A DNA stretch of 64,000 bases from an uncultured delta proteobacterium. Lineage in GTDB: Bacteria > Desulfobacterota > Deferrimicrobia > Deferrimicrobiales > Deferrimicrobiaceae. A program made the translations under genes and the position numbers. The notes beneath the pieces were generated by a model. The model worked only from the letters and a program-made list of their open reading frames with translations, was not told the DNA's origin and searched no databases. Shown piece after piece: positions 15,716 to 26,854 of this stretch (position 1 is the first letter of the stretch; each line of letters opens with the position of its first letter). Location of the stretch: assembly GCA_963770975.1 (NCBI GenBank), contig CAVYRM010000001.1, positions 127,792-191,791 of the forward strand. The letters are read 5' to 3'.

Positions 15716-16249
15716 ATGTCAAGAATCGGAAAGAAGCCGGTGGTGCTTCCCGCCGGGGTGAAGGTCGAAGTGGGAAACGGGTTGGTGACCGTCTCCGGCA
15801 AGAAGGGGAAGCTTACGCGTCATGTCCCGACGAAGGTGGCGGTCGAGTTGAAGGAGGGATCGGCGACCGTCACGCTCCTCGACGAGGGCGCAAGGAACCT
15901 CTACGGGATGTACCGAACGATCCTGGCCAACATGGTCCTGGGCGTGACGGACGGATTTTCCCGGACCCTCGAGATCGTCGGTGTCGGATACAAGGCCGAA
16001 TCCAAGGGCGGCGCGCTTCACCTCGCCCTCGGGTATTCGCACCCGGTCGTCTTCCCGCTGCCGGAAGGCATCACCGCGCAGGTCGAGGGAAACACGGTCA
16101 TCAAGTTGAGCGGGACGGACAAGGAACTCCTGGGGGAAACGGCCTCCAGGATCCGCATGCTGAGGAAGCCGGACGTATACAAGAACAAGGGTATCCGCTA
16201 CCGGGGCGAGCGGCTGATCAAGAAGGTCGGCAAGGCCGCCGGCAAATAG
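15716..16249 (+). CDS. rplF: 50S ribosomal protein L6
   Basis: MSRIGKKPVVLPAGVKV... matches L6. Confidence 0.97.
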   Translation: MSRIGKKPVVLPAGVKVEVGNGLVTVSGKKGKLTRHVPTKVAVELKEGSATVTLLDEGARNLYGMYRTILANMVLGVTDGFSRTLEIVGVGYKAESKGGALHLALGYSHPVVFPLPEGITAQVEGNTVIKLSGTDKELLGETASRIRMLRKPDVYKNKGIRYRGERLIKKVGKAAGK

Positions 16250-16288
16250 CGGACAACGCACAACCCTTTACGACGAGGATCGGAAGTC

Positions 16289-16657
16289 ATGAGCCAGAAG
16301 AACCAGCGGGAAACCGCACGACAGAACCGCAAGACCCGGATCCGGAAGCGCATCTTCGGAACCGAGCAAAAGCCGCGGTTGTCCGTCTTCCGCAGCGCGA
16401 AGCACATCTATGCCCAGGTGGTGGTCGATTCCACCGGTTCCACCATCCTTGCCGCTTCCACCCTCTCCCCGGAGATCCGGTCGGAGATCGGGGACCTCGA
16501 CAAGAGCGGCGCAGCGAAGAAGGTGGGGCAGCTGATCGGGAAGAAGGCGCTGGAGAAGAACATCCAGTGCGTCGTATTCGACAGGAACGGGTTCCTGTAC
16601 CACGGGCGGATCAAGGCCCTTGCGGACGGGGCGCGGGAATCCGGACTGGTATTCTGA
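16289..16657 (+). CDS. rplR: 50S ribosomal protein L18
   Basis: L18 family. Confidence 0.95.
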   Translation: MSQKNQRETARQNRKTRIRKRIFGTEQKPRLSVFRSAKHIYAQVVVDSTGSTILAASTLSPEIRSEIGDLDKSGAAKKVGQLIGKKALEKNIQCVVFDRNGFLYHGRIKALADGARESGLVF

Positions 16658-16697
16658 GCGGGAACGCACACCTTTACGAGGACACGGGGAGGAAGGT

Positions 16698-17198
16698 TTG
16701 AAAAGAGTCGATCCGGAAGCGCTGGACTTGAAGGACCGGGTGGTGCACATCAGCCGCGTTGCGAAGGTCGTGAAGGGCGGGCGCCGCTTCTCCTTCAGCG
16801 CGGTCGTCGTCGTCGGCGACGCCAACGGGCACGTGGGGACGGGTCTCGGGAAGGCGAACGAGGTGCCGGATGCGATCCGCAAGGCGGTGCAGAACGCGAA
16901 GCGGTCGCTGATCGAGGTCCCGCTGGTGGAAGGAACGATCCCGCACGAAGTGACGGGGGAGTTCGGCGCGTCCAAGGTCATCTTCCGGCCGGCGTCCCCC
17001 GGCACCGGCGTCATCGCCGGAGGCGGCGTCCGGGCCGTCATCGAGTCCAGCGGCATTTCGAACATCCTGACGAAGTCCCTGGGAAGCAACAACCCGCACA
17101 ACCTCGTGAAGGCGGCCATCGACGGGCTATCGCAGCTTCGAACCTCCGAGCAGGTGGCCGGGATCCGGGGGCCGAGAGAGGAAGAGGCGACGGCATGA
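16698..17198 (+). CDS. rpsE: 30S ribosomal protein S5
   Basis: [14 protein letters not shown] is the S5 dsRBD motif. The likely start is a TTG at 16698 preceded by GGAAGG. The track ORF's start at 16620 overlaps rplR. Confidence 0.9.
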   Translation: MKRVDPEALDLKDRVVHISRVAKVVKGGRRFSFSAVVVVGDANGHVGTGLGKANEVPDAIRKAVQNAKRSLIEVPLVEGTIPHEVTGEFGASKVIFRPASPGTGVIAGGGVRAVIESSGISNILTKSLGSNNPHNLVKAAIDGLSQLRTSEQVAGIRGPREEEATA

Positions 17199-17389
17199 GC
17201 GGACAACTTCGGATCACCCTCGTCCGGGGACTGAGCGGCCGGACGGCCTACCACAGGAAAGTCGTTCGCGGCCTCGGGATCACCCGCATGAACCGGCCGG
17301 TGATCCGTCAGGACACCCCCGAGATCCGCGGCATGGTGGAGAAGGTCAAGTTCCTCCTTCGCATGGAAGAGATTGGAGAGGCGAAATGA
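17195..17389 (+). CDS. rpmD: 50S ribosomal protein L30
   Basis: [16 protein letters not shown]... matches L30. Confidence 0.95.
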   Translation: MSGQLRITLVRGLSGRTAYHRKVVRGLGITRMNRPVIRQDTPEIRGMVEKVKFLLRMEEIGEAK

Positions 17390-17823
17390 AGCTCACGGAT
17401 CTGCGCCCCGCGAAGGGGGCGAAGAGCGCGCGGAAGCGCGTCGGGCGGGGCGAAGGCTCCGGGCTCGGGAAAACCTCCGGGAAGGGGAACAAGGGTCTCC
17501 GGGCGCGAAGCGGCGGCGGATCGAAGCCGGGATACGAGGGCGGACAGATGCCCCTCCAGCGGCGCCTGCCGAAGCGCGGATTCGTAAACGTCTTCCGCGA
17601 GGAAATCGCGGTGGTCAACGTGAAGGAGCTGAACCGGTTCGCGCCGGGTTCGGTGGTCGATGCCGATGCGCTTCGTCGTGAAGGCCTGTTGAAGGGATCC
17701 TGCGCGGGCGTAAAGCTCCTCGGGGACGGAGAGGTCACCCGGAAGCTCACCGTCAAGGTGGACCGTGCAAGCAAGACGGCGATAGAGAAGATCAAGGCCG
17801 CCGGCGGGGCCGTGGAGGTCTGA
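17386..17823 (+). CDS. rplO: 50S ribosomal protein L15
   Basis: Gly/Arg-rich N-terminus, L15 family. Confidence 0.95.
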   Translation: MKLTDLRPAKGAKSARKRVGRGEGSGLGKTSGKGNKGLRARSGGGSKPGYEGGQMPLQRRLPKRGFVNVFREEIAVVNVKELNRFAPGSVVDADALRREGLLKGSCAGVKLLGDGEVTRKLTVKVDRASKTAIEKIKAAGGAVEV

Positions 17824-17827
17824 TCGC

Positions 17828-19135
17828 GTGCTCAACGGTTTCCAGAACATCACCCGGGTACCCGAGCTCAAGCGACGGATTCTCGTCACGGGGCTCCTGC
17901 TCATCGTCTACCGCATCGGGATCCACATCCCCACTCCGGGGATCGACAACCTGGCGCTCAAGGCGGTGTTCGACAGCCAGGCGGGGACCCTGTTCGGGCT
18001 GATCGACATGTTCTCGGGGGGGGCGCTCGCGCGTTTCTCGATCTTCACCCTGGGGATCATGCCGTACATCAGTTCCTCGATCATCCTTCAGCTTCTGACC
18101 GTGGTCATCCCGCAGCTCGAAAAGCTCTCGAAGGAAGGGGAGCTCGGACGCCGGAAGATCACCCAGTACACCCGGTACGGGACGATCGTCCTGTCGGTCA
18201 TCCAGGGGATGGGGATCGCGATCGGGCTGGAAAGCGTGAGCGCCGGCGCGGGATCGGTCGTCTATCATCCCGGCTGGTCGTTCCGCCTCATGACGGTGAT
18301 CACCCTCACCTCGGGGACCGCGTTCCTGATGTGGCTGGGGGAACAGATCACGGAGCGGGGGATCGGGAACGGGATCTCCCTGATCATCTTCGCCGGTATC
18401 GTCGCCCGGTTCCCGAGCGGCCTGGTCAGGACCGTGACCCTGGTGAAGACGGGCGAGATGAACATCTTCTCGGGGCTCTTCCTGCTTCTCCTCATGGTGG
18501 GCGTCGTCGCGATCATCATCTTCTTCGAGCGGGCACATCGCCGGATCCCGGTGCAATATGCCCGAAGGATCGTCGGGCGCAAGGTCTACGGCGGACAGAG
18601 CACCCACCTGCCGCTCAAGGTGAACACGGCAGGGGTCATCCCGCCGATCTTCGCCTCCTCCATCCTGCTCTTCCCGGCGACGATCGCGAGTTTCATCAAG
18701 CACCCGATCACCCGGACGATCTCCGAGGCGTTGACCCCCGGGCGGCTCGGATATGAGCTGCTCTTCGTGGCGTTCATCATATTCTTCTGCTACTTCTACA
18801 CGGCCGTCACCTTCAACCCCGTCGACGTCGCGGACAACATGAAGAAGTACGGCGGGTTCGTTCCCGGGATCCGTCCCGGGAAGAAGACGGCGGAGTACAT
18901 CGACAAGATCCTGACCCGGATCACGCTGGGGGGTGCGATCTACGTTTCGGTCATCTGCGTCCTGCCCAGCATCCTGATCGCGCGCTTCAACGTCCCCTTC
19001 TACTTCGGGGGAACGGGACTCCTGATCGTCGTGGGCGTCGCGATGGACACGGTCCAGCAGATCGAATCGCATCTGATCACACGGCATTACGAAGGATTCC
19101 TGAAAAAAGGCCAAATGAAAGGGAGGAGGGGATAA
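17828..19135 (+). CDS. secY: preprotein translocase subunit SecY
   Basis: 10 TM helices, 435 aa, immediately after rplO. Confidence 0.97.
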   Translation: MLNGFQNITRVPELKRRILVTGLLLIVYRIGIHIPTPGIDNLALKAVFDSQAGTLFGLIDMFSGGALARFSIFTLGIMPYISSSIILQLLTVVIPQLEKLSKEGELGRRKITQYTRYGTIVLSVIQGMGIAIGLESVSAGAGSVVYHPGWSFRLMTVITLTSGTAFLMWLGEQITERGIGNGISLIIFAGIVARFPSGLVRTVTLVKTGEMNIFSGLFLLLLMVGVVAIIIFFERAHRRIPVQYARRIVGRKVYGGQSTHLPLKVNTAGVIPPIFASSILLFPATIASFIKHPITRTISEALTPGRLGYELLFVAFIIFFCYFYTAVTFNPVDVADNMKKYGGFVPGIRPGKKTAEYIDKILTRITLGGAIYVSVICVLPSILIARFNVPFYFGGTGLLIVVGVAMDTVQQIESHLITRHYEGFLKKGQMKGRRG

Positions 19136-19139
19136 GCCG

Positions 19140-19784
19140 ATGATGGGAATCATTCTTCTGGGCCCTCCCGGAGCGGGCAAAGGGACCCAGGCAAAGAAGC
19201 TGACCCAGTCGTTCGCCATTCCGCAGATTTCCACCGGAGACATGCTTCGCGAGGCGGTCAAGAACGGAACCGCGCTCGGAAAGCAGGCCAAGGCCTTCAT
19301 GGACGGCGGTGGGCTGGTCCCCGACGAAGTGGTCATCGGGATCGTCAAGGAACGTCTCGCCGCGGCCGACTGCGCGAAGGGATTCATCCTCGACGGGTTC
19401 CCGCGCACGATACCGCAGGCCCAGGCGCTCGACAAGGTGACCAAGGAGCTGGGGAAGGAGATCCGCTTCGTCCTCTCCCTCGAAGTCGATCAGAACGCCC
19501 TGATGGAACGCCTTTGCGGGCGCAGGACGTGCACCGGGTGCGGGGCGATGTACCACGTGAAATTCAACCCCTCCAAGGCGGACGGGAAGTGCGACAAGTG
19601 CGGCACCTCCCTGATCCAGCGGGACGACGACAAGGAAGAGACGATCAAGAACCGCCTCGTGAACTACAACAAGGCCACCGCGCCCCTGCTGGATTATTAC
19701 AAGAATACGGGGAAAATACGGACGGTGATGGCTTCGGGTGAGATCGACGCCATCTACGCCGCCATCGTGAAAATCCTCCGGTAG
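19140..19784 (+). CDS. adk: adenylate kinase with a zinc-binding lid
   Basis: P-loop GPPGAGKGT. Lid motif CTGCG...CDKCG (Cx2C-x16-Cx2C). Confidence 0.96.
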   Translation: MMGIILLGPPGAGKGTQAKKLTQSFAIPQISTGDMLREAVKNGTALGKQAKAFMDGGGLVPDEVVIGIVKERLAAADCAKGFILDGFPRTIPQAQALDKVTKELGKEIRFVLSLEVDQNALMERLCGRRTCTGCGAMYHVKFNPSKADGKCDKCGTSLIQRDDDKEETIKNRLVNYNKATAPLLDYYKNTGKIRTVMASGEIDAIYAAIVKILR

Positions 19785-19787
19785 GGG

Positions 19788-20537
19788 ATGATCCTCGTAA
19801 AGTCGCCTCAGGAGATCGAGGTGATGCGGCGCGCCGGCGCCGTCGTAGGGACGTTCTTTGAAGAAGTGAAATCCTTGATCCGCCCCGGCGTGAGCACATG
19901 GGACCTCGAGGAATTCGCCGACCGCTTCATCGGGCGGCAAGGCGTTCGGACCGCCTTCAAGGGGTACATGGGGTACCCGGCCCACCTGTGCACCTCCATC
20001 AACGAGGAGGTGGTGCACGGGATCCCCTCGAAGGAACGGATCGTCCGGGAAGGCGATATCCTGAGCGTCGACTTCGGGATCGTGAAGGAAGGGTTCTACG
20101 GTGATTCCGCGATGACGTTTCCCGTGGGGAACGTGGACGGTGTTTGCCTGCGCCTTCTCGATGCGACGAGACGCTCCCTCTTCGCCGGAATCGGCGAAGT
20201 CCACCCGGGAAACCGGCTGGGGGATGTTTCCGCGGCGGTCCAGGAGATCGTGGAATCGGACGGTTTTTCCGTGGTGAGGGATTTCGTGGGCCACGGCATC
20301 GGCAGGTCGATGCACGAGGATCCGCAGGTACCGAACTTCGGAAAACGGGGATCCGGGCCGAAGCTGCTGCCGGGAATGGTAATCGCCATCGAGCCGATGG
20401 TGAACGCAGGCGGATGGGCCGTGGAGATGCTTGCGGACGGGTGGACGGTCGTGACGCGGGACCGCAGCCGATCGGCCCATTTCGAGCACACGGTCGCAGT
20501 GACCGAAGGCGGAAACATGATATTGAGCGTTCCTTGA
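19788..20537 (+). CDS. map: methionine aminopeptidase type I
   Basis: MAP family. Metal-ligand residues D, D, H, E, E are conserved. Confidence 0.95.
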   Translation: MILVKSPQEIEVMRRAGAVVGTFFEEVKSLIRPGVSTWDLEEFADRFIGRQGVRTAFKGYMGYPAHLCTSINEEVVHGIPSKERIVREGDILSVDFGIVKEGFYGDSAMTFPVGNVDGVCLRLLDATRRSLFAGIGEVHPGNRLGDVSAAVQEIVESDGFSVVRDFVGHGIGRSMHEDPQVPNFGKRGSGPKLLPGMVIAIEPMVNAGGWAVEMLADGWTVVTRDRSRSAHFEHTVAVTEGGNMILSVP

Positions 20538-20574
20538 CCTTATTGTATATAATTATTCGTATGTAAAGGGGAAT

Positions 20575-20793
20575 ATGTCCAAAGAAGAGGCGATTGAAAT
20601 CGAGGGTACCGTAATCGAGCCGTTGCCGAACGCGATGTTTCGCGTGGAACTCGACAACAAGATGAAGGTGCTCGCGCACATCTCCGGCAAGATGCGGATG
20701 CACTTCATCAAGATCCTGCCGGGGGATCGCGTCACCGTTCAGTTGACTCCGTACGACCTGACCCGGGGACGGATCACCTACCGGTCGAAATGA
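20575..20793 (+). CDS. infA: translation initiation factor IF-1
   Basis: [26 protein letters not shown]... matches IF-1. S1-like fold. Confidence 0.97.
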   Translation: MSKEEAIEIEGTVIEPLPNAMFRVELDNKMKVLAHISGKMRMHFIKILPGDRVTVQLTPYDLTRGRITYRSK

Positions 20794-20806
20794 AGAGGGG
20801 ACGAAA

Positions 20807-20920
20807 ATGAAAGTCAGACCATCGGTGCGAAAAATCTGCACCAAGTGCAAGGTCATCCGGCGCAAGGGAGTCGTGCGGATCATCTGCGAGAACCCGAAGC
20901 ACAAGCAGCGCCAGGGATAG
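20807..20920 (+). CDS. rpmJ: 50S ribosomal protein L36
   Basis: Not in the ORF track because it is under 60 aa. [37 protein letters not shown], 37 aa, a zinc ribbon of C-x2-C..C..H. Confidence 0.95.
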   Translation: MKVRPSVRKICTKCKVIRRKGVVRIICENPKHKQRQG

Positions 20921-20969
20921 ATTTTACGGCTGATCGCCGGATTCGCCCGGGAGGGCAAGGAGGAAACGG

Positions 20970-21353
20970 TTGGCACGCATAGCGGGAGTGGACATTCCGA
21001 AGACGAAGAAGATCGGCACCGCCCTGACGTACATCTACGGGATCGGTCCGGCCGCCGCGATCAAGATCCTCGAGGAGGCCCGGGTTTCCCCGGATCTTCG
21101 CACCAGCACCCTGGGGGAAGACCAGGTGGCGCGGATCCGCGACGTCATCGACGCGAACTACCGCGTCGAAGGGGACCTGCGCAAGGAAATATCGATGAAC
21201 ATCAAGCGGCTGATGGACCTCGGATCGTACCGGGGTCTCCGTCACCGGAAGGGGTTGCCTGCGCGGGGACAGCGCACCCACACCAACGCCCGCACCCGCA
21301 AGGGACCCCGCAAGGGCGCGGTCGCCAAGAAGAAGGAAGCCACGAAGAAGTAA
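20970..21353 (+). CDS. rpsM: 30S ribosomal protein S13
   Basis: [26 protein letters not shown]... matches S13. Confidence 0.97.
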   Translation: MARIAGVDIPKTKKIGTALTYIYGIGPAAAIKILEEARVSPDLRTSTLGEDQVARIRDVIDANYRVEGDLRKEISMNIKRLMDLGSYRGLRHRKGLPARGQRTHTNARTRKGPRKGAVAKKKEATKK

Positions 21354-21404
21354 GGACGGCTGGAGCAGCCGGCGAGAACCCCGCCGCTGGGCGGGTGCGG
21401 AGGA

Positions 21405-21797
21405 ATGATGGCAACGCCGAAAAAGAAAGGCAAAAGGAAGGTACGCCGGAACGTGCCGGTCGGGGTGGCGCATATCCAGGCGACCTTCAACAACACGATC
21501 ATCACGATCACCGACCCGGACGGGAATACCCTGGCATGGGCAAGCGCCGGCGCCAAGGGATTCAAGGGGTCGCGGAAGAGCACGCCGTTCGCCGCAACCG
21601 TGGCCGCCGAGGAAGTCGCCAAGAAGGCGATGGACAGCGGGGTCAACACCGTGACCGTTCACATCAAGGGGCCCGGATCCGGGCGGGAGGCGGCTCTGCG
21701 GAGCCTGCAGGCCGCGGGGCTCAAGATCAACTACATCCGGGACGTGACACCGATCCCGCACAACGGATGCCGGCCGCCGAAACGGCGCCGCGTTTGA
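21405..21797 (+). CDS. rpsK: 30S ribosomal protein S11
   Basis: S11 family. Confidence 0.96.
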   Translation: MMATPKKKGKRKVRRNVPVGVAHIQATFNNTIITITDPDGNTLAWASAGAKGFKGSRKSTPFAATVAAEEVAKKAMDSGVNTVTVHIKGPGSGREAALRSLQAAGLKINYIRDVTPIPHNGCRPPKRRRV

Positions 21798-21835
21798 TCG
21801 CCGCAACCCCCTAAGGGACAAGGAGGACATTTTCT

Positions 21836-22462
21836 TTGGCAAGGTATCGAGAGGCCGTTTGCCGGCTTTGTCGGCGTGAAGGAGTGGAGCTCTACCTGAA
21901 AGGGGATCGCTGCTTCACCGACAAGTGCGCCATCAAGAGGAGGGGCTACCCCCCGGGTCAGCATGGGCAGCGTCGTCCCAAGCACAGCGACTACGGCGTC
22001 CAGCTCAGGGAAAAGCAGAAGGCGAAGAGGATCTACGGGTTGCTGGAACGACAGTTCCGCAACTATTTCGAGAAAGCCGACCAGATGAAGGGGAAGACGG
22101 GCGACAACCTGCTGATCCTTCTCGAGCGCAGGCTGGACAGCGTCGCGTACAAGCTCGGGTTCGCTCCGACGCGCCGGGAAAGCCGCCAGATCGTCCGCCA
22201 CGGGCACTTCCTCGTGAACGGGAAGAAGGTCAACATCCCGTCCTTCCTCGTTCGCTCGGGGGACGTGCTCGAGCTTCGCGAGAAGAGCCGGAAGATCCCC
22301 AACGTGAACGAGGCTCTGGACGCGGTGGTGAGGAAGGGAATCCCCCCCTGGCTCGAACTCGACCGGGACACCTATCGTGGAACGGTCAAATCCCTCCCTT
22401 CCCGGGCGGATATCCAGGAGCCGATCCAGGAGCAGCTGATCGTCGAACTTTACTCGAAGTAA
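21836..22462 (+). CDS. rpsD: 30S ribosomal protein S4
   Basis: [16 protein letters not shown]... has the S4 zinc-ribbon-like N-terminus. Confidence 0.96.
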   Translation: MARYREAVCRLCRREGVELYLKGDRCFTDKCAIKRRGYPPGQHGQRRPKHSDYGVQLREKQKAKRIYGLLERQFRNYFEKADQMKGKTGDNLLILLERRLDSVAYKLGFAPTRRESRQIVRHGHFLVNGKKVNIPSFLVRSGDVLELREKSRKIPNVNEALDAVVRKGIPPWLELDRDTYRGTVKSLPSRADIQEPIQEQLIVELYSK

Positions 22463-22492
22463 ACCTCTTTGGGGCCAGGAGAAGGGGGACGC

Positions 22493-23500
22493 ATGTTCCA
22501 GAGAAATTGGAAGCAATTGATCAAGCCGCGCCGCATCGAGGTCCAGACCGATACGGCGACGTTCAATTACGGCAAATTCGTGGCCGAACCCCTCGAGCGA
22601 GGGTTCGGCACGACGCTCGGAAACGCGATCCGGAGGGTCCTCCTTTCATCCCTCCAGGGCGGCGCGATCACCTCGGTATTCATCGAGGGCGTGCAGCACG
22701 AGTTCTCCACGATGCCCGGCGTCGTCGAGGATGTGACCGATATCGTCCTGAACCTGAAGGAGATCCGGCTCCGCATGCACTCTCCGGAGCAGCGCACGCT
22801 CACCCTGGAGGCCAAGGGGCCGCGGCGGGTGAAGGCGTCGGACATCTCCCAGGACCCGATGGTCGAGATCCTGAACCGCGACCATCACATCGCCGAGCTC
22901 TCCGCGAACGCCACCCTTCGGATGGAGATGAACGTCCGCATGGGAAAAGGGTACGTTCCCGCCGAGGGGAACCTCGAGGAAGGCACCCCGATCGGCACCA
23001 TTCCGATCGACGCCATCTTCTCCCCGATCCGGAAGGTGAACTTCACCGTCACCAACGCCCGCGTGGGACAGCAGACCGACTACGACCGCCTGACCCTCGA
23101 AGTCTGGACCGACGGATCCGTGCTGCCCGCCGATGCCGTGGCCTACGCCGCGAAGATACTGAAGGACCAGCTCACGGTCTTCATCAACTTCGACGACGAG
23201 GCCGAGGCTCCGGACGAGCCGGCGCGTCTCGACGAGGTCTCCGGGAACGAGAATCTCTACAAGCCGGTCGAGGAGCTTGAGCTCTCCGTTCGCGCGTACA
23301 ACTGCCTGAAGAACGCGGACATCAAGTACATCGGGGAGCTCGTGCAGAAGAGCGAACAGGAGATGCTGAAGACCAAGAACTTCGGGAAGAAGAGCCTCAA
23401 CGAGATAAAGGACGTGCTTGTCGGAATGGGATTCTCCCTCGGAATGAAGATCGATGGGTTCACGCCGGAAAAATACAGCCCGCCTCGGAAAGAGGATTGA
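22493..23500 (+). CDS. rpoA: DNA-directed RNA polymerase alpha subunit
   Basis: [17 protein letters not shown]... The C-terminal domain is present. The ATG at 22493 is preferred over the track's start at 22469. Confidence 0.96.
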   Translation: MFQRNWKQLIKPRRIEVQTDTATFNYGKFVAEPLERGFGTTLGNAIRRVLLSSLQGGAITSVFIEGVQHEFSTMPGVVEDVTDIVLNLKEIRLRMHSPEQRTLTLEAKGPRRVKASDISQDPMVEILNRDHHIAELSANATLRMEMNVRMGKGYVPAEGNLEEGTPIGTIPIDAIFSPIRKVNFTVTNARVGQQTDYDRLTLEVWTDGSVLPADAVAYAAKILKDQLTVFINFDDEAEAPDEPARLDEVSGNENLYKPVEELELSVRAYNCLKNADIKYIGELVQKSEQEMLKTKNFGKKSLNEIKDVLVGMGFSLGMKIDGFTPEKYSPPRKED

Positions 23501-23524
23501 GCACCGAGCCAGCGAGGATGACCT

Positions 23525-24076
23525 ATGCGCCACGCGATTGACCACAGGAAACTGGGAAGAAGTCCCTCACACCGGAAAGCCCTGTTGCGGAACATGATGA
23601 ACGCGCTCGTCCTCGCCGAACGGATCGAGACCACTGTTCCCAAGGCAAAGGAACTTCGAAGGATGGCCGACCGCCTGATCACCCTCGGAAAGCGGGGAAC
23701 GCTCCATTCCCGCCGCCGGGTGTTCTCCCTCCTGAGCGACAAGGAGTGCACGGACAAGGTGTTCGCCACGCTCGCCGGGCGGTTCACCGGGCGCGCCGGC
23801 GGATACACGCGGATCGTCCGGACCGGGTACCGCGCCGGGGACGGGGCGGAAATGGCGATCATCGAATACCTGCCCGTCGAGGAGAAGAAGGCCGGCCGGA
23901 AGGGGAAGAAGAAAACCGCGTCGAAGAAGGAGCCGGCGAAAACCGCCGCGAAGAAGGAAGCGAAGGGGAGCATCGCGTCGCCCGGCAGGAAGAGAAAGGA
24001 AAGCGCCCCGAAAGAGGCGAAGCCGAGGGCGACGAGAACGAAAACGCAGAAAACGCCGGAGGGCGGCCAGGGATAA
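23525..24076 (+). CDS. rplQ: 50S ribosomal protein L17 with a ~60 aa Lys/Ala/Glu-rich C-terminal extension
   Basis: [24 protein letters not shown]... is the L17 core over ~120 aa. It is followed by [27 protein letters not shown].... Confidence 0.95.
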   Translation: MRHAIDHRKLGRSPSHRKALLRNMMNALVLAERIETTVPKAKELRRMADRLITLGKRGTLHSRRRVFSLLSDKECTDKVFATLAGRFTGRAGGYTRIVRTGYRAGDGAEMAIIEYLPVEEKKAGRKGKKKTASKKEPAKTAAKKEAKGSIASPGRKRKESAPKEAKPRATRTKTQKTPEGGQG

Positions 24077-24108
24077 TTCGGACCGACGACCCGATTCCAT
24101 ATGCATTC

Positions 24109-24140
24109 GACAACGGCCCTTCGGGGCCGTTGTCGTTTTC
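24109..24140 (+). terminator. rho-independent terminator after rplQ
   Basis: GACAACGGCCC-TTCG-GGGCCGTTGTC is a perfect GC-rich hairpin followed by GTTTTC. Confidence 0.7.
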
Positions 24141-24164
24141 GGGCCCCGGCGCGGACGAATCCGC

Positions 24165-24212
24165 TTGACGCTCCCCGGGGCCCGGGATACTATGAAAATG
24201 AATTTCATAATC
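24165..24212 (+). promoter_or_regulatory. fur/feoB promoter with an overlapping Fur box
   Basis: TTGACG at 24165-24170, a 17-nt spacer, then TACTAT at 24188-24193. GAAAATGAATTTCATAATC at 24194-24212 matches the GATAATGATAATCATTATC consensus at 14 of 19 positions. Confidence 0.55.
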
Positions 24213-24216
24213 ATAA

Positions 24217-24684
24217 TTGGAGCGGCCCCCCGCCTTGAAGCATCTTCTCGGACGCATCGATCGTGAAATCCTGGACGCCGGCGGGAAAAGGAGCCGGAGC
24301 CGGTCCGTGGTGATGGAGCGTTTCTTCGGATCGCGCGAACACGTCACCGTGGAGGAGCTCGCCCGCTCCGTGAGGAAGAAGCACCCGGGGGTGGGGACCG
24401 TGACGGTTTACCGCACCCTGAAACTCCTGGAACGGATGGGTTACGCGAAGGAACTGGATTTCGGCGAGGGCGTGAAACGGTACGAAAGCAACCTCGCGTC
24501 GCATCATGACCACCTCGTCTGCAGGAAGTGCGGCACGGTCATCGAGTTCGAGAACGCGAACATCGAAAAGCTCCAGGATTCCGTCACGCGGCAGCACGGC
24601 TTCCACCCCACGGCCCACCGCCTGGAAATCTACGGGTTCTGCCGCCGATGCACCCCCGGGGAAGGCACGGGGGGCGCCGGATGA
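24217..24684 (+). CDS. fur: Fur-family transcriptional regulator (probable ferric uptake regulator)
   Basis: HHDHLVCRKCGTVIEF and the C-terminal CxxC match the Fur family. It sits in front of feoB. Confidence 0.85.
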   Translation: MERPPALKHLLGRIDREILDAGGKRSRSRSVVMERFFGSREHVTVEELARSVRKKHPGVGTVTVYRTLKLLERMGYAKELDFGEGVKRYESNLASHHDHLVCRKCGTVIEFENANIEKLQDSVTRQHGFHPTAHRLEIYGFCRRCTPGEGTGGAG

Positions 24685-26651
24685 AAACCGCCTCGATCGT
24701 GGAAACCGCGCAGAACCCGGTGATCCTCGTCGGCAATCCGAACGTCGGGAAAAGCGTCGTTTTCGGCGCTCTCACGGGCAGGTACGTCAACGTCTCGAAT
24801 TACCCGGGCACGACCGTCGAGATCTCCAGGGGAGAGGCGCGCGATCGCGGCACGACCTACGAGGTGATCGACACCCCCGGCGTCTATTCGCTCCTGCCCA
24901 TGTCGGAGGACGAGCAGGTCACCCGGGATATCCTGATGCGGGAGCCCGGCGCGAAGGTCCTGCAGGTGTGCGACGCCAAGAACATGCGCCGATCGCTGAT
25001 GATCACCGTTCAACTCTCCGAGATGGGGGTCCCGCTCGTCCTGGCGGTGAACATGGCCGACGAGGCGAGGGAATGCGGGGTGATGCCGCGCCTGGAATCC
25101 CTCGAGGGCCGGCTGGGGGTACCCGCGGTCCCCACCGTGGCGGTACGGAAAAAGGGTACGGACCGTCTCCTCCCGCTCCTCGTGCATCCATCGCCCTCCA
25201 CCATCCGGATCGACTACGGGGAGAAGATCGAGGCGGCCATCGTGCGGATGGAAAGGCTGCTTCCGGAGGAAACCCCGGTCGGCAAGAGGGCGCTCGCGGT
25301 CATGCTGCTTTGCGGGGACGACTCCCTCGGACCCTGGATATCGGAGAACGTACCCGTCGCGCGCATCCGGGAAATGAACGACGTGAGGAACCGGCTGGTC
25401 GAGGAATCGGGGGAGGAGATCGTCTTCCGCGTGAACCAGGCCCGGCTCTACTGGATCGACCAGTTGCTCGAGGAACTGGGCGTGGAATCTTCCGCTCCCG
25501 CCGGGAGGAGCATCTCCACGGCGTTCGGGCGATACGCGATGGACCCGGTCTACGGGGTCCCGATCCTCGTCGGCGTTCTCTTCCTGGCCTACGAATTCGT
25601 GGGGGTGTTCGGCGCGGGGTTCCTCGTGGACCTGCTGCAGAAATCGTTCTTCGAGAAGTGGATCATTCCGTCCATCGCCGCGCTGATCGACCGGTTCCTG
25701 CCCTCGGCATTCCTGCGGGACTTCCTGGTGGGCCCCTACGGGATGATCTCCATGGCCCTTTCCTACGCGGTCGCGATCGTCCTGCCGATCGTCGGGACGT
25801 TCTTCTTCGGGTTCGGGATCCTGGAGGATTCCGGGTACCTTCCGAGGCTCGCGGTGATGGTGGACCGCCTGTTCAAGAAGATCGGGTGCAACGGCAAGGC
25901 GGTCCTCCCGATGATCCTGGGCCTGGGTTGCGACACGATGGCGACGTTGACCACGAGGATCCTCGAAACGCGGAAGGAACGGATGATCGTCACGCTGCTG
26001 CTCGCCCTGGGCGTCCCGTGCTCCGCGCAGCTGGGCGTGATCCTCGGCATGCTCTCCGACGTGGGGCCGGCGGCGACCATCACATGGCTCGCCTTGCTGG
26101 TGGGCATCATCCTGCTGGTCGGGTTCCTCGCCTCGAAAATCATCCCCGGGGACTCCTCGGACTTCATCCTCGAGATCCCGCCCATCCGGTGGCCGAAGGC
26201 GGGAAACCTTGCCGTCAAGACGATGGCGCGCATCGAGTGGTACCTGAGGGAAGCGGTCCCGCTGTTCCTCCTCGGCACGTTGATCCTGTTCGCAGCGGAC
26301 CGGCTCGGATGGCTGTCGTGGTTGCAGAAGGCGGGCGAGCCGTTGATCGTCCGGGTCCTCGATCTCCCGCCGAAGGCGATGGAGGCGTTCCTGATCGGGT
26401 TCCTCCGGCGGGACTACGGGGCCGCGGGGCTCTTCAGCATGGCGAAGGCCGGGATGCTTTCCCACCTCCAGGTGGTGGTGAGCCTGATCACCATCACGCT
26501 CTTCATTCCCTGCCTTGCGAATCTCCTCGTGATCGTGAAGGAGCACGGGGGGAAGGTCGCGGCAGGGATGGCGTTGTTCATCTTTCCCTTCGCGCTGCTG
26601 GTCGGGGCCGCCGTAAACCTCGTCGCGCGCTGGGCGGGGATCGTTTTCTGA
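24681..26651 (+). CDS. feoB: ferrous iron transporter FeoB
   Basis: N-terminal G-domain VILVGNPNVGKS..DTPG. Polytopic C-terminal half. 656 aa. Its ATG overlaps the fur stop (ATGA). Confidence 0.93.
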   Translation: MKTASIVETAQNPVILVGNPNVGKSVVFGALTGRYVNVSNYPGTTVEISRGEARDRGTTYEVIDTPGVYSLLPMSEDEQVTRDILMREPGAKVLQVCDAKNMRRSLMITVQLSEMGVPLVLAVNMADEARECGVMPRLESLEGRLGVPAVPTVAVRKKGTDRLLPLLVHPSPSTIRIDYGEKIEAAIVRMERLLPEETPVGKRALAVMLLCGDDSLGPWISENVPVARIREMNDVRNRLVEESGEEIVFRVNQARLYWIDQLLEELGVESSAPAGRSISTAFGRYAMDPVYGVPILVGVLFLAYEFVGVFGAGFLVDLLQKSFFEKWIIPSIAALIDRFLPSAFLRDFLVGPYGMISMALSYAVAIVLPIVGTFFFGFGILEDSGYLPRLAVMVDRLFKKIGCNGKAVLPMILGLGCDTMATLTTRILETRKERMIVTLLLALGVPCSAQLGVILGMLSDVGPAATITWLALLVGIILLVGFLASKIIPGDSSDFILEIPPIRWPKAGNLAVKTMARIEWYLREAVPLFLLGTLILFAADRLGWLSWLQKAGEPLIVRVLDLPPKAMEAFLIGFLRRDYGAAGLFSMAKAGMLSHLQVVVSLITITLFIPCLANLLVIVKEHGGKVAAGMALFIFPFALLVGAAVNLVARWAGIVF

Positions 26652-26854
26652 TGGCGGGAGAAACCGTGAAGATCCCGTGCCCGCTTTGCGGGTTCGAAAT
26701 CGATCCGTCGGACCGGGCCTGCCGGTCGGGATGCCCCATGGGAAAGGGATGCACCCTTGTCTGTTGCCCCAGATGTCGCTACTCTTTCCCCATGCCGGAG
26801 TCGAAGACCGTGAATTTCCTCAAGACCCTTCTCTCGAAAGGAAGCCGGAGATGA
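26651..26854 (+). CDS. small Cys-rich protein (67 aa, 8 Cys), a putative metal-binding Feo accessory of unknown function
   Basis: MAGETVKIPCPLCGFEIDPSDRACRSGCPMGKGCTLVCCPRCRYSF.... Its ATG overlaps the feoB stop (TGATG) and its stop overlaps the next gene's ATG (ATGA). It is the tail of track ORF 24506..26854. Confidence 0.55.
   Translation: MAGETVKIPCPLCGFEIDPSDRACRSGCPMGKGCTLVCCPRCRYSFPMPESKTVNFLKTLLSKGSRR

Noticed and set aside
20535-20574. AT-rich map-infA spacer containing TTGACC and TATAAT, considered as an internal promoter.
   Set aside because: The spacing between the two hexamers is only 7 nt. A promoter may exist here but no properly spaced -35/-10 pair could be assigned.
24077-24216. 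The island boundary after rplQ was checked for tRNA, integrase or direct repeats. The other boundary at 38218-38273 was checked too.
   Set aside because: No tRNA-like cloverleaf, no recombinase gene and no flanking repeats were found. The cluster does not look like a classical mobile genomic island.
24506-26854. 782-aa ORF in an alternate + frame across feoB.
   Set aside because: It overlaps the in-frame FeoB and has low-complexity translation. Only its last 67 codons (26651..26854) look genuine, and those are reported as the Cys-rich ORF.
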